A stretch of 64,000 bases of DNA from Octopus bimaculoides (GCF_001194135.2 NC_068984.1:136968518-137032517), one strand, 5' to 3'. Numbered from the stretch's first letter, positions 1 to 14,099 are shown. The notes: generated by a model from the letters alone, not told the origin. Numbers and translations: made by a program.

Positions 1-35
1 TAAAACTGAACAATCACATACATACATAAAAAAGA

Positions 36-78
<43 letters not shown>

Positions 79-700
79 NNNNNNNNNNNNNNNNNNNNNN
101 NNNNNNNNNNNNNNNNNNNNNNNNNNNNNNNNNNNNNNNNNNNNNNNNNNNNNNNNNNNNNNNNNNNNNNNNNNNNNNNNNNNNNNNNNNNNNNNNNNNN
201 NNNNNNNNNNNNNNNNNNNNNNNNNNNNNNNNNNNNNNNNNNNNNNNNNNNNNNNNNNNNNNNNNNNNNNNNNNNNNNNNNNNNNNNNNNNNNNNNNNNN
301 NNNNNNNNNNNNNNNNNNNNNNNNNNNNNNNNNNNNNNNNNNNNNNNNNNNNNNNNNNNNNNNNNNNNNNNNNNNNNNNNNNNNNNNNNNNNNNNNNNNN
401 NNNNNNNNNNNNNNNNNNNNNNNNNNNNNNNNNNNNNNNNNNNNNNNNNNNNNNNNNNNNNNNNNNNNNNNNNNNNNNNNNNNNNNNNNNNNNNNNNNNN
501 NNNNNNNNNNNNNNNNNNNNNNNNNNNNNNNNNNNNNNNNNNNNNNNNNNNNNNNNNNNNNNNNNNNNNNNNNNNNNNNNNNNNNNNNNNNNNNNNNNNN
601 NNNNNNNNNNNNNNNNNNNNNNNNNNNNNNNNNNNNNNNNNNNNNNNNNNNNNNNNNNNNNNNNNNNNNNNNNNNNNNNNNNNNNNNNNNNNNNNNNNNN
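79..700. other. Assembly gap. Other large gaps at ~1353-1815, 15113-15596, 19566-19948, 20986-21503, 39330-39836 and 46343-46893
   Basis: Runs of N, mostly flanked by microsatellites. Confidence 0.99.
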
Positions 701-701
701 N

Positions 702-742
<41 letters not shown>

Positions 743-745
<3 letters not shown>

Positions 746-1072
746 ATATGGAGCAAATAATTCATGAGAAAAATAATTCACATAAAAATAATTTGCAAAG
801 ATACCACTGACTGTGTTATTATCTAGTGTAACAATTTAAAAATGATGATAACCGAATCAATAAGACAGGCGATTGCATACTTAGTATGTCTTTGATTAAT
901 TTTAATCCTTCAGCAATTTAATGCTTGCTTGGGGGCCTGCAATTGCCTATATTATTGATTCTGTTATTATCATTTTTAAATTGTTACACTAGATAATAAC
1001 AGAGTCAGTGATATCTTTACAAATTATTTTTTCATGAATTATTTTTCTCATGAATTTTTTGCTCCGTACTGA
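743..1072. mobile_element. Palindromic MITE-like element (~330 bp)
   Basis: Arms 743-877 and 938-1072 are reverse complements with scattered mismatches (roughly 90% by eye) around a ~60-bp spacer. Confidence 0.8.
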
Positions 1073-1820
1073 AATTATTTTCATACTGGTGGCTACCATT
1101 ATTTCAGCACAAAATGAATCAGTTGCAGCACAGTCTTCGACACGATGGGTCGGGGCTTTCTCTCATGGTAACGCATACTGAGGAAGGTGAGGCTATTATG
1201 CCAGTCCAGAAACCAATCCATGTGAGTCCAAATACTTGAATGTATGCTGAAAGATTGTCTTAGCCCGTTTGCCTTCAGACGGTTGATCTCTGTATTTATT
1301 ATCAGTGTATTTTGGCAATTTAAATAAGAGTTTTGACTGTTATTTCCAGTATNNNNNNNNNNNNNNNNNNNNNNNNNNNNNNNNNNNNNNNNNNNNNNNN
1401 NNNNNNNNNNNNNNNNNNNNNNNNNNNNNNNNNNNNNNNNNNNNNNNNNNNNNNNNNNNNNNNNNNNNNNNNNNNNNNNNNNNNNNNNNNNNNNNNNNNN
1501 NNNNNNNNNNNNNNNNNNNNNNNNNNNNNNNNNNNNNNNNNNNNNNNNNNNNNNNNNNNNNNNNNNNNNNNNNNNNNNNNNNNNNNNNNNNNNNNNNNNN
1601 NNNNNNNNNNNNNNNNNNNNNNNNNNNNNNNNNNNNNNNNNNNNNNNNNNNNNNNNNNNNNNNNNNNNNNNNNNNNNNNNNNNNNNNNNNNNNNNNNNNN
1701 NNNNNNNNNNNNNNNNNNNNNNNNNNNNNNNNNNNNNNNNNNNNNNNNNNNNNNNNNNNNNNNNNNNNNNNNNNNNNNNNNNNNNNNNNNNNNNNNNNNN
1801 NNNNNNNNNNNNNNNATATA

Positions 1821-1873
<53 letters not shown>

Positions 1874-3360
1874 CAAATAATATATGAGTATATGCATATA
1901 TACGTACATACCTACATCTACATGTATATATAGATGCATATCTGAGTACAGAATGTTGCAAAAAAACGTGGACAAAATGATAAACAATGATAAACAGAGT
2001 ACAGAAAACACACAGGCCACATAGAGAACATTTCCTTCATCAGCTGCCACCATTCTAAGACTAAGCATTTCGAAGATACATATATGTGTTTGTATGTATG
2101 TATGTATGTATGTGTTTGTGTATGTTCACCAGCACAGCGTGACAACTGGTGTTGGTGTATTTACATCCTTGTAATTTAGCAGTTCAGCAAAAGAAACCAA
2201 TAGAAAGAGTACCGAGGTTTGAAAAAAAAAATAAGAACAGGGTTTGATTCCTTTCACTAAAAATTCTTCAAGGTGGGGCCCCAGCATGGTTGCAATCTCA
2301 TGACTGCAACAAGTAAAAGAATAAAGATGATGATGGTGATGATGATGGTGATGATGATGGTTCCAATAAAATTATTTGAAAACAATTTCTACAGCTATTT
2401 GAACTTTGTATCCCAAAGCTCAGCAAGCACTTTACCAATTAGGCCTTTGTTTCATCTTCTGTTTGAGGATGATGGCAAGTCAACGAAGATTATGATGATG
2501 ATAAAAACTAACGTTGATGGTGGAGATTATAATATTGAGGATGATAATACTGAGGACAATAAAAAAAAAATGTTATCAAAATTTAAGATTGATGACGACG
2601 ATGATGACGATGATGATGATGATGTTGGTAATGATAACAAGAACACTGATGAGGAAGGCGACAATGACGATGATAACGACTGATGGTTGATGATGGCAAC
2701 AACAATGATGATGATGACAAATGATGACGATGACAATGATTGATGATGATGATGATGATGATGATGATGACAAGAACAATTTCAACAATAGTGATGATGA
2801 CAATCGTAATGATGACAAAAGTAAATGTGGAAAAGAAAGATTTTTCCTGTGAAGGATTTGAACTCCGTATCCTGAGGCCCCTGGTTTTACCAATTATACT
2901 CCTGCTTTATCTTATCTTGATGATAATGATGACGATAACAACAATGATGATGGTGATGACGAGGGTAAATCTGATGATGATGATGGTGATGATGATGATG
3001 ATGATGATGATGACAAAAATATAAAACAAGAGATAAAAAAGAAAATGGAAAGTGATTATCTATGGAGGAGGAGACAGATGGTGAAAATAAATGATAGCTT
3101 CAGGTGGATTTTGTCTAAAAAAATAATAAAAAATAAAATAATAATAATAATAATAATAATAATATAATGATAAGAATTGATTGGCAGAGAATTGATCTCC
3201 ATTGGAGGAGGAGTTGGGGAGGCAGGTACGCATCAGTAAAATGAAAATTGCTCAGGACTGTGTTGGACAAATGCCAGAAGTTGTGAAACCCACCTCTCTT
3301 TTTATGAGTGTGTGTGTGTGTTTGTGTGTGTGTTATATGCACACACATACACACGTGTTG

Positions 3361-3441
<81 letters not shown>

Positions 3442-3524
3442 GATATATACACACACACATATACATATATATATACATGTATATATACATACATATACAT
3501 ACATGTATATATACATACATATAT

Positions 3525-3617
<93 letters not shown>

Positions 3618-4238
3618 CACACATATACATATATATACACACATATACATAAATATAGATATTTACACACACACATATCTATGAATCTCTTTCTCTTTTT
3701 CCCACTGTCACTTTGCTTGGAGCCTGAAGGAGAAGAAATATCACAGAATCAACATCCTCTTCAATAGATACTCATTAGTAAGTGATGGGCAGGTAGGCAG
3801 GCAGGCAACTATGATTACCAATATTCTAGTACCCTGGTTTCCTCCAAAAATTTTATTAAGAGCAACACGTACAGAGAGAGAGTTTCCATTAAAAAATTCT
3901 TACAAATCCATTCTGCATTTTGACTCTTTTTTGCTTTTTTTGCTTTTTCCGTTTTCTTCTTTTCTGTTTTTGCATGGCAGCATAATATTGAAATTTTCTG
4001 ATTATTTTGCCATTTTTCCCTTTTTCGAAAAAAAATAAATCTCGCTTTTTATTTTTCTCAGCATGTTTTCTTTTTTCCAGTTTGTTTTCTTTTTGTTATT
4101 GTATTTTCCGTTTTCAGTGGGAGGAACGATTTTAAAATGGTATAGGCATATAACACGAATGGACAAACAGATGGAAAAGTGTCAAGAACTGTATGGAATG
4201 TATTGAAGACATGAGGGTCTACTGCACAGCAGTTATAC

Positions 4239-4623
4239 TTGTATGTTGGCACTCCGTCGCTTACGACGTCGAGGGTTCCAGTTGATCCGATCAACAGAAC
4301 AGCTTGCTCGTGAAATTAACGTGCAAGTGGCTGAGCACTCCACAGACACGTGTACCCTTAACGTAGTTCTCGGGGATATTCAGCATGACACAGAGTGTGA
4401 CAATGTTGGCCCTTTGAATTACAGGCACAACAGAAAAAGGAAGAGTGAGAGAAAGTTGTGGTGGAAGAGTGCAGCAGGGTTCGCCACCATCCCCTGCCGG
4501 AGCCTCGTGGAGCTTTTAGGTGTTTTCGCCCAATAAACACTCACAATGCCCGGTCTGGGAATCGAAACTGCGATCCTATGACCGCGAGTCCGCTGCCCTA
4601 ACCACTGGGCCATTGCGCCTCCA
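4239..4623 (-). mobile_element. Full-length tRNA-derived SINE (family D) with 14-bp TSD
   Basis: Minus head ggaggcgcaatggcccagtggttagggcagcggactcgcggtcataggatcgcagtttcgattccc carries A/B boxes. The direct repeat cacagcagttatac lies at 4225-4238 and 4624-4637. Confidence 0.9.
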
Positions 4624-5919
4624 CACAGCAGTTATACACACACACAAACATACACATACAATCACCACCACCACCACTACGGTCATTATTATTTCAGTGT
4701 CCACTGTTCCTTGCTTGTATGAGTTGGTCAGACGAGTTTACTGGAGCAGATTTTCTGTGGCTGGATTCGCATCCCATCGACAACCCTCACCTGTTTCCGA
4801 GCAAAGTAATATTTCTCCATGGCTAGACATGTTTCCGCAGAATACTGGAAATGAAGGACGCTGCTTGTAGAACAGTGGCACTCGTTTACAACTGTCATGC
4901 AATGTCAAGACAAAGGAACACAAACATACACTCACTCACACACACATAAGTTACGGGGACGTAAACACACCAGCATCGGTTGTCAAGTGATGTTGGGGGG
5001 ACAAACACAAGCACACAAACATATACACACACATATAAATATATATATACATATATATGACAGGCTTCTTTCAGTTTCCATCAACCAAATCCACTCACAA
5101 GGCTTTGGTCGGCCCGAGGCTATAGTAGAAAACAGTTGCCCAAGGTGCCAGCAGTGGGACTGAACCCGGAACCATGTGGTTTGTAAGCAAGCTACTTACC
5201 ACACAGCTACTCCTGCGTCTATAAAAAGCACTGCTGACAGTCCCACATAAAAAGCACTCATGCTAGTCCATCATAAAAGTAAGTCTGGTGCTGGCGCCAA
5301 GTAAAAAGCACCCAGTACACTCATATTAGGAAGGGCATCCAACCATAGAAACCAGACCAAAACAGATTATGGAACCTGGTGCAACTCCTGACCTTAGCAG
5401 CTCCTGTCAAGTTATCCAACCCATGCCAGTATGAACAACAAACGTTAAATGATGGTGATGATGATGATGAATGCTGCATCTGTGATATTGTTTACCATCA
5501 ACGCTTGTTATCAGAGGAGCCATATAAACATTTCTATTAACACCCACAACAGACTGTGGACACCAACATTGTTTTTCACACCTGAGCAATTGGCCAGTAC
5601 CAAAAAAAAACTGACATTGTATCATCCGACCACCACTAAATCTTATTGGCGTCACCGTTTTCATCAATACTGACACCTGTTCTGCCATTACCATCGAAAA
5701 AAGAAAACAGCTTCAATTAACATTAACACAAAATGTCAACACCAATATCACAACAGAGTCATCACCATCATCATAAAAACTAAGCAAGCATTCTTACTGG
5801 CACCAATACCACAAACAGCAACAACAATACAACCAACTCTAGTATTGAGGGACCATTATAGTCATTGTCATTTCTACTAAACTACCATTAACGGTAGCAC
5901 AACCACCACCACACCACTA

Positions 5920-6400
5920 TTACTACTACTACTACTGTTGTAACACTATCAACAGGAACATCAGGACATTAGCACTACTACAACCACCACTACCACTACA
6001 CCAGAAATATTATCATCACTACCAGTCCGACCACCACTACCACCTACACTGCCACCTCTACCACCACCATCACTACTACCTACACTGCCACCTCTACCAC
6101 CACCATCACTACCACCTCCACCACCACTACCACTTACTGCCTCCACCACCACTACTAACACCTACGCCACCACTACCACCTCCACCATCATTACCACCAC
6201 TACCACGTCCAACACCACTACCAGCATTATAACCTCTACCACCATCAGCAACATCGTCGTCTTTACCACCACCAGCACCACTACAATAATAACACTGTCA
6301 CCACCACCACCAAAGCATTACCACTACCACAACCACCACAAATAAAACCAGCATCATTACCGCCACTACCACCACCACCACCACCACCACCACTTCGACA
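5920..6400. repeat. (ACC/ACT)n-rich low-complexity tract; similar GGT/GAT tracts at 2590-3015, 18050-18460, 29600-29790 and 49430-50000
   Basis: Direct inspection. Confidence 0.9.
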
Positions 6401-6919
6401 AGGACCAACAACAGCAACACTGTCACTCCTGTTTTCGTTATAGTTAATGTCTATTTTATCACAGTGTTTTGAGATAGACACTAGACCGAAGGCTGGGGGG
6501 TTATGTCTAGCAATATTTGGCACCAACCCAAGCTAAGTTGGTGCTGGCCGAAGGTAGGTCAGCACTAATCACATGAACAAATGTGTTAATAACATTTTGT
6601 GCAGTAGAGCATGCCTAATTAAAACCTAGGTGTTATGGCTAGATTCCACACCCAGCTCGACACCGTTCAGCTGCTAACCAACCAATCATTGTACTACACA
6701 CATGCATGGCGTGTAGGAGATCTGTGTGTGTGTGTGTGTGTGTGCACGCCTCTCTCTCTCTCTCATTCTCAGAATGTGTTGAGCCAAATATGCTGTCTCA
6801 TTAACGGAGCAGTTCAACTAAATTGGACAGAGGAGTAAATTGGGATTGAACCAGTCTCCTCTGTTCAAGGATCTGTGTGCTTATTCTCTAAGCTATATAA
6901 ACAAACTTTTCAGGTAATT

Positions 6920-7318
6920 CACAGAGACAGACAGACATACACACACACAGACATACATACACACAAATGTGCACACACACAGACATACACTCACATACAA
7001 ACGTGCATACACAGACATACACACACACAAACATGCACACACACAGACATACACACACACAACAAGCACACACAGACATACACACACACACACAAACGTG
7101 CCCACACACACAGACATACACACACACACAAACGTGCACACACAGACATACACAAACACAAACGTGCACACACACAGACATACACACACACAAACGTGCA
7201 CACCCACAAACATACACACACATAAACATGCACACACACAAACATACACACACAAACGTGCACACACACAAACATACATGCACACAAACGTGCACACACA
7301 CAGACATACACACACAAA
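6920..7318. repeat. CA-derived minisatellite, ~28-34 bp unit (cacacacaaacgtgcacacacacagacata)
   Basis: Roughly a dozen degenerate tandem units. Confidence 0.85.
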
Positions 7319-7319
7319 G

Positions 7320-7680
7320 ACAGTGCATAACTGGTATTTATCTAATCGACTCCGAAAGGATGAAAGGCAAAGTCGACTTCACCAGGATTTGAACTCAGAA
7401 CATAAAGACAGACGAAATACCACTAAGCATTTCGCCTGGCGTGCTAACGTTTCTTATTTCTTTATGGCCCACATGGGGATAAACATAGAGGGGACAAACA
7501 AGGACAGACAAAGGAATTAAGTTGTCGATTACATCGATCCCAGTGCGTAACTGGTACTTAATTTATCGACCCCGAAAGGATGAAAGGCAAAGTCGACCTC
7601 GGCGGAATTTAAACTCAGAACGTAATGGCAGACGAAATACCGCTAAGCATTTTGCCTGGCGTGCTAACGATTCTGCCAGC
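7320..7680 (-). mobile_element. Dimeric SINE (family B, MetaSINE-like core)
   Basis: Core gaggtcgactttgcctttcatcctttcggggtcgataaattaagtaccag occurs twice, with a monomer junction aagaaataagaa|acgttagca. The similarity to the Meta-domain is recalled, not verified. Confidence 0.8.
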
Positions 7681-8049
7681 TTTGTATATTATTGGCCTAT
7701 GTATATTATTGGCATAATGACCCTCCCAAAAACCAAGTGTTAAACTTGTGCAAAAACCAGTCTGATATTAAAAACAAAGAAGAAAATTTCAGATGAAAAC
7801 CTTAAAGTACAAACCTGTCACTCGTCAGTTTCAGTGTTACTAATTACAGTACACTCATATTTTCAATTCCCTTTTGTCCTAAATATAAACGTCCAAGTGC
7901 TTCATCTGCAAACTTAACCTAGGCAGTAACCCTTTGTATCAAGAGAATCGTGTCAGCTTCAGAGCCACAGTGAGGCTTTCTATGTTGCCATTTGTTTTTG
8001 TTTTTTTTCATAATAATGTCTAAGATAAGAAAATATCACATGTCTGCGT

Positions 8050-8092
<43 letters not shown>

Positions 8093-8252
8093 TGTGTGAA
8101 TGTGGGGGTTGTAGGTTGTAGAAGGCCAGGTTGTTGAAGAAGAAATCATTGAATTAAAAACTTTATGATTTCTATCCTATCAGAGGCACAGTGTATGTTC
8201 AAACCCAGAACCCTGCACTATTTTCAGACAGGTTTCTATTTAGAGATGATGA

Positions 8253-8307
<55 letters not shown>

Positions 8308-10474
8308 CGGTGATGGTGGTGGTGGTGTGTTTGTGTGTATGTGAATGTTGTGCACATCTGCATGTGTATGAGTGCATGTGTCGTGTGGCATGCATTTCGA
8401 AATGTATTCATTTGAATAATGCACATGTGTGTTTGTGTGTGTGTGCAGAGAATGTAGTTGTTTAAAATATGCATCTTTTTTGTTTAAAATGCATATGTTG
8501 GTGCACATGCACATTAGTTTAAAAAACAGCATTTGTTTAAAAACCATTCATATTTGCTTAAAAACCGTGTGTTTGTTTGTTTAAAAGGATTGTGTATTTG
8601 TGCATGTGTGTGTGTGTGTGTGTTTGAAAAGGACGTACATTTGTAAATATGCAACATGTGTTTTGCACTGACTTGGTGAAATGATACATGGTAAATTGTA
8701 CATGCTGAATCTCATACATGATTATAAAAAAAATGCTTCATATGTTGCAGTGTTCCTAATGAAATTCTTCACCGATTTACAGAGCCATTCAGTCACAGGA
8801 AAATAGCGAAAGTGATCTTGGATATGAAAGAAGGAAACCAATACGAACTTCAGTAGGTTACAATTTATAGGGAGCGCAACTGCAGGCCAATCAATGAAAC
8901 ATCAAATACCAACACACACATAGATAGATATACAGAAAATTCTGAAATACTGTGTCAATTGAAGCAAATGAGATGTAATACATGTGCATCTACAAACACA
9001 GATGTGCCTACGGTGAGACTTGACACAGAAGTTTGATCTAATAAAAGTAGAAACTAGAGCAAAGTATTCAAAAACCTAACATACGCAAACATCAATACAC
9101 AAGATCACACACATATATAAGTGCGTCTGTGTATATCGCATATGCATGCATGCACACACATACATGCAAACGCATAATTTTTCCTAAGGATTTTTTATGA
9201 TATTCCCTTAGTAATCCTTCAAGTTCAGTTTGGAGCATTAACATTCCTAAATCTATTAGCATTTCATTAGCATTTCAAAGATATCTCAGCTCCAACCTCA
9301 AAAGGAAATTATAACAAAATGGCAGGCTATCAGGTTATCAAACATTTTGTATTCAATCGCAAAGGATCATGGGAGTACTGATGATATTTTTCTTGATTTT
9401 CTTTTTGTTTCTTTTTACCAATGGCAGGTTTAAAAATTAACACTCAAATCTGGTAGTTTTTGTAGCTACTTTCACAAGAATTGTATCCTGTAAATTGATC
9501 TTTGGCTGAAGCATATGGTTTTGAAAAAATCTCCATCAATATTTTTCTAATATTTTCGTACTATTTTACATAGGATTTAAGTGTTGTCAACAATCCTTTT
9601 TCTGTTTATTTCCTCGCATGTTTTTCTGCTTATTTCTTGCAGTAAACAATGGTAACGTTTTTACTTGTATGACTAATGTTACTGTCTGATTCCTGAAGTT
9701 TACAACTGAATCTCTAAGCAAGTGTTGCCTGAAGAATTAACAGATGGAAGAAGAAGCATAGGATTTCCAAATCTGTGCTTTAAGGACCAATGTAAAACTA
9801 CTCTGAAAGAGTTCTTTACTGACGAAGGAAAATAGAAATAGGAAGTGTCAGCAGAGAAGCACAATAAATGAAGACCAGCTGTGCACAGAGGAGCCAAAGT
9901 TCATGAAGATACCTGCATTCTTGCTAAAAGGGCAAAACCACAATGTAAATCAATGTTTTGCAACTATTTTTACCTGTGGACCACTTTGATTACTATCTTA
10001 CTCAGGTAGATCCTCCAGCCATTCAATGTTTTCTTTTTATGTTTTTTTAATTTTTTTTTTGTTGATATTGTTTGCATCCTATCTCACTGATATATGACTT
10101 TTTCTCAACCATTTTTTACCAATGGGCCCCTTTGATTCCCATTTTATTTGGCCAGACCCTCAAAGCCATTCAATGTTTAAAAAAATTCTATTATAATTAT
10201 ATTTGGAAGGGCATCCAGCTGTAAAAAAAATCACGCCAAAACGAGCTTCACCTGCGCTAGTGTCACGCAAGAAGCACTGAGTCTGCCCTGCAGAGTCGTT
10301 GGTGTTAGGAAGGGCATCCATCCGTAAAAACCCTGCGAAAACAGACACAGTAGACTGGAGTAGTCTTCTACCTGGCCAACACCTGTCAACTGTCCTACAC
10401 ATGCCAGCATGGAAGACGGATATTAAACGATGATGATGATGAGGATGATGATAATGATGATGACAATGATGACA

Positions 10475-10505
<31 letters not shown>

Positions 10506-12317
10506 CTAGCATGAGGTTCTGTGATTTGTTTATTTGTGACTTTTTGTTAATAAGAAAGTTTTCCATTCTGGGTTTATTATGTTATATTCCAGCAAAGAGT
10601 TAATGATTAAGTGCTATTTTATGAGGGGTTTTTTCGGGTTTTTTTTTTTTTTTTTCAATAGTGTAATAATCTACTCTGAAGTTAGGATGTATTTGGTTCT
10701 TGCAGTATAATAGAAACTACCAAACTTAACTGTTCAATAATTTTTAAACCAGCATTGAGTAGAAAAAAGAACAAAAAAAAAACTACAAAGGAAAAAAATC
10801 CCCGACACTCATACGATTCTTTGTGATCCAACACAAACCATGGGAACATATGCCATTCTAGTATCGTTTAATTCTGAGGATGGAGCTGAGAGAGCTTTGA
10901 AACGTTAATGAATTAATGGATTTAGGAATGCTAATGTTCCAAATTAAACATAAAGAACTGTTTTAAAGGAAATATGAAAAAAAAAAAATCGTTAATAAAC
11001 AGACGATCAAACTCAAACATAGCCGTGTCTTTAATATGACATATTGAAAATAAAAGCTGTTCCCAATATATATACATACATATACATATATAAATAAACA
11101 TGCACATGTATGTGTGTGTGTGTGTGTGCATGCAAGCACAACACACACATATACATGCATGCATGCACATACATTCATAAAGTTTTGCACACAGACATAA
11201 AATACAAGGGAATATGTCAAAATTGTCAAACTTGACAAGTACCAAGCGCAAATCTTTAGGCCCGTGTAAGTTCTGCAGTATTTTCAGTCAATAAAAGAGA
11301 GCTTTGGGGAGGGAGAGGAAGATGGGGAGGGGAAGAAAGAGGAAGGCAATGAGGGGAGGGAGGGAGGTGTGTGGAAGGAGGATGGAAAGAGAGAAAGGGC
11401 GATGGAGGAAAAGGGCTGGGTATGTAAGTAGGCAGGTAATTGGTTGGGTGGGTGGTTGATTGGGTGGATGGAATGATGGACAGATGAGCAGATAGATAAA
11501 TAGAAAGACAGACAGATACACAGATACATGCATAAATAGAAGAGGAAGTTGGATTTGGAGAATCAAGCAAAACTTGTGGTAGGTGTTCCAGCTGAGGAAC
11601 TCGTTATCAGATCTCATACTAATTAGATTATGATGTAATTCAATGTGATTATGAATCTGAAAATCCAGGATGCACGGGACCAAGAGATTTGAGATGCAAA
11701 AGAAGATTTAATACTTTCATATGGTCACAGCTGTTTCATAATTTACTCCAGTTACATCATTAATTTCAAATCATATGTACATTTATAGTATATTTAGCAC
11801 ATAGTTATATGTATATGTTATATATGTACATAGGCAGTGAAATTGATAACATCATCATCATCATTATTATCGTCATCATTTAATGTCTGCTTTCCATGCT
11901 GGCATGGGTTGGATGGTTTGAGAGAGGACGGCAAACTGGGAGGCTGCACTAGATTGTACTAAATATACTATGAATGTACATATGCTTTGAAATTAATGAT
12001 GAAACTGGAGCAAATTATGAAACAGCTGTAACCATACAGAAGTATCAAATCTTTTGCCTGACAGATCTCTTGGTTTTAAGCTTATTATATATGTGAACAG
12101 AGAAACGCAAACCAACCGATAGATCCATATACTCTGCCTGACGTTTTCTCTTTAATCTGTTTCCAACTCTCATTCTCTCTCTCTCTCTCTCACATGCACA
12201 CATCACAAAACCATGTACCAGTGTAACTGAAGCAAAAGATTTACAAGTAGACATCTTGTCTATCAAAGAAAGAACAAGTACCAAACATAACAGAAACTGA
12301 AACGTAACAAAAATTAC

Positions 12318-12407
12318 CATTTGACTCCAAGACTTCTGAGGTAAGACGTATGGTAAAGGGGTATTCTTCCGGTATGATAGCCTGTAACCCTTTTTCAGCC
12401 AAGTAAC
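12318..12407 (-). CDS. PNPT1: PNPT1 internal coding exon (90 nt): [29 protein letters not shown](G)
   Basis: Bounded by ttctgctaattttcacag| and |gtaatt. Encodes the [14 protein letters not shown] motif of the second RNase PH domain. A 179-nt intron separates it from the previous exon. Confidence 0.96.
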
Positions 12408-12586
12408 CTGTGAAAATTAGCAGAAGAAAATAAATATTCATTACAATAGCATATGTTTCACAATAAAAGCTAACCCTAGTATTAAAGATGACACCAAAAA
12501 CTTAACCCTTTAGCATTTAAACTGGCTATATCTAGCTCTTATCTGGGTTTGCAGTTATAGTATTGAAGAGTATAAATTTTAAGTAC

Positions 12587-12653
12587 CATGTCCGATTTCT
12601 CGTCTTCCAATGCTAGATAGCCGACCAGTTTCATTCGTGGCATATGGTGGAAA
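12587..12653 (-). CDS. PNPT1: PNPT1 internal coding exon (67 nt): [22 protein letters not shown](G)
   Basis: Bounded by ttctttccatttcag| and |gtactt. Encodes the PNPase signature FPPYA..E.G....RREIGHG. Confidence 0.96.
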
Positions 12654-14099
12654 CTGAAATGGAAAGAACGTGGTGAGTTAAGAAATAAAATTACTGAAAG
12701 TATAGAGGAAAGAGTCAAAGGGTTAAATGGAAATCTGAGCTGAAATCTCATTAGCTTTTATTCTTTTACTTGTTTCAGTCATTGGATTGCAGCCATGCTG
12801 GGGGTACCATCTGGAAGGGGTCAGTCGACCAAATCTATTCCAGTATTTATTCTTTATTCGAATTCCACCAAGGTCAACTTTGCCTTTCATCCTTTTGGGA
12901 TCGATAAATTAAGTACCGGCTGTTTACTGGGACCGATCTAATTGACTGACCCCCTCCCCAAAAATTTCGGGCCTTGTGCCTAGAGTAGAAAAGAATAACT
13001 ATTCTTTATTTTGTATTTGCTTTTTTTTTGTTTTGTTTTTTTTGGGGAGGTGAAGGGGTCTGGTACTTATTCTGTCAGTTTCTTTTACGGAATTGCTGTG
13101 ATATGGGAATGTAAATAAACAAACACCTGTTGTCAAATGATGATAGGGGACAAACATGATATAAACAAAAAGATATACAGATGCCCACACACACATATAT
13201 ATACCTACACACACGCAATGGGCTTCCTCTCAGTTTCCATTTACCAAAGTTCAATCATGAGACATTGGTCATCCCAAGGCTATAGTAAAAAAAAAACACT
13301 TGCTCAAGGTACCACACACAGAGATTGAACATGACACCATATGGCTGCCAAGTGAGCTTCTTAACCACACAGCTATGCCTATCTCCATTAGATGAAAAAT
13401 AAAGCAAGATTTCACAAGATTAAAATTTCATCACAATCTCATGTAAAACAAAACAAAAAAAAATGTTTTAAAAGTTGTATCCTAAATACCAGCTTAATAT
13501 ATTGATAAATAAATTTAAAGTTATTTGCTTCGTTAATCTCCACCACATTCCCACACAACACCCCACCCCAATTTTTGATTAATTTCAAAATTACTCAAGC
13601 AAATGAACAGTATAATCTCATTAGAAATATGGTCACAAGAGGGTCAATTAATCTCTCTGTTACTTTCCGGCTATTTACCTAGAACATCTTTTAGTTGAAT
13701 CTAAGGAGAAAGCAAAGCTTTGCCAATAATTCCATCAAGAACCTCTTCAATGAGAAGTGAAAAGTGAACAAGTGAGAACAGCCTTAGTCAAAAGTGTTGC
13801 TGGAGATATTTATGTTACACTAACAGACATACTTATCATCACAGTTTGATATGAATATTGAAAACATAAACACACACACACACACACACACACGTGTGCA
13901 GATGTATACATGGGCACACACTTATCACAAGTATAGAGGCCATCTTATAAGAATGTGTTAAGACTTCGTTCAGATTTCCCCAATAATTAATTTCACCTTT
14001 TGTGTTCCTGTCTACCTTACATTTTATTTATCAAATCTCCAAGCATCTTCATATTCTTCATATATATGTGTGCATGTATACAAACACACACAGACACAC

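Noticed and set aside
1935-2070. Possible hammerhead ribozyme / Penelope LTR remnant (minus strand GAAA...GTC...CTGATGA)
   Set aside because: The core words are present but stems I and III do not pair convincingly. An Rfam search would be needed to revive it.
6808-6895. tRNA-like B-box with a 9-bp stem on the minus strand
   Set aside because: It does not form a cloverleaf and is most likely a decayed SINE head.
9700-9915. Candidate downstream PNPT1 exon (expected SSSMA...GGSLALMDAG)
   Set aside because: No frame encodes the motif. I did not find it anywhere in 1-12317, so it probably lies outside the window or in a gap.
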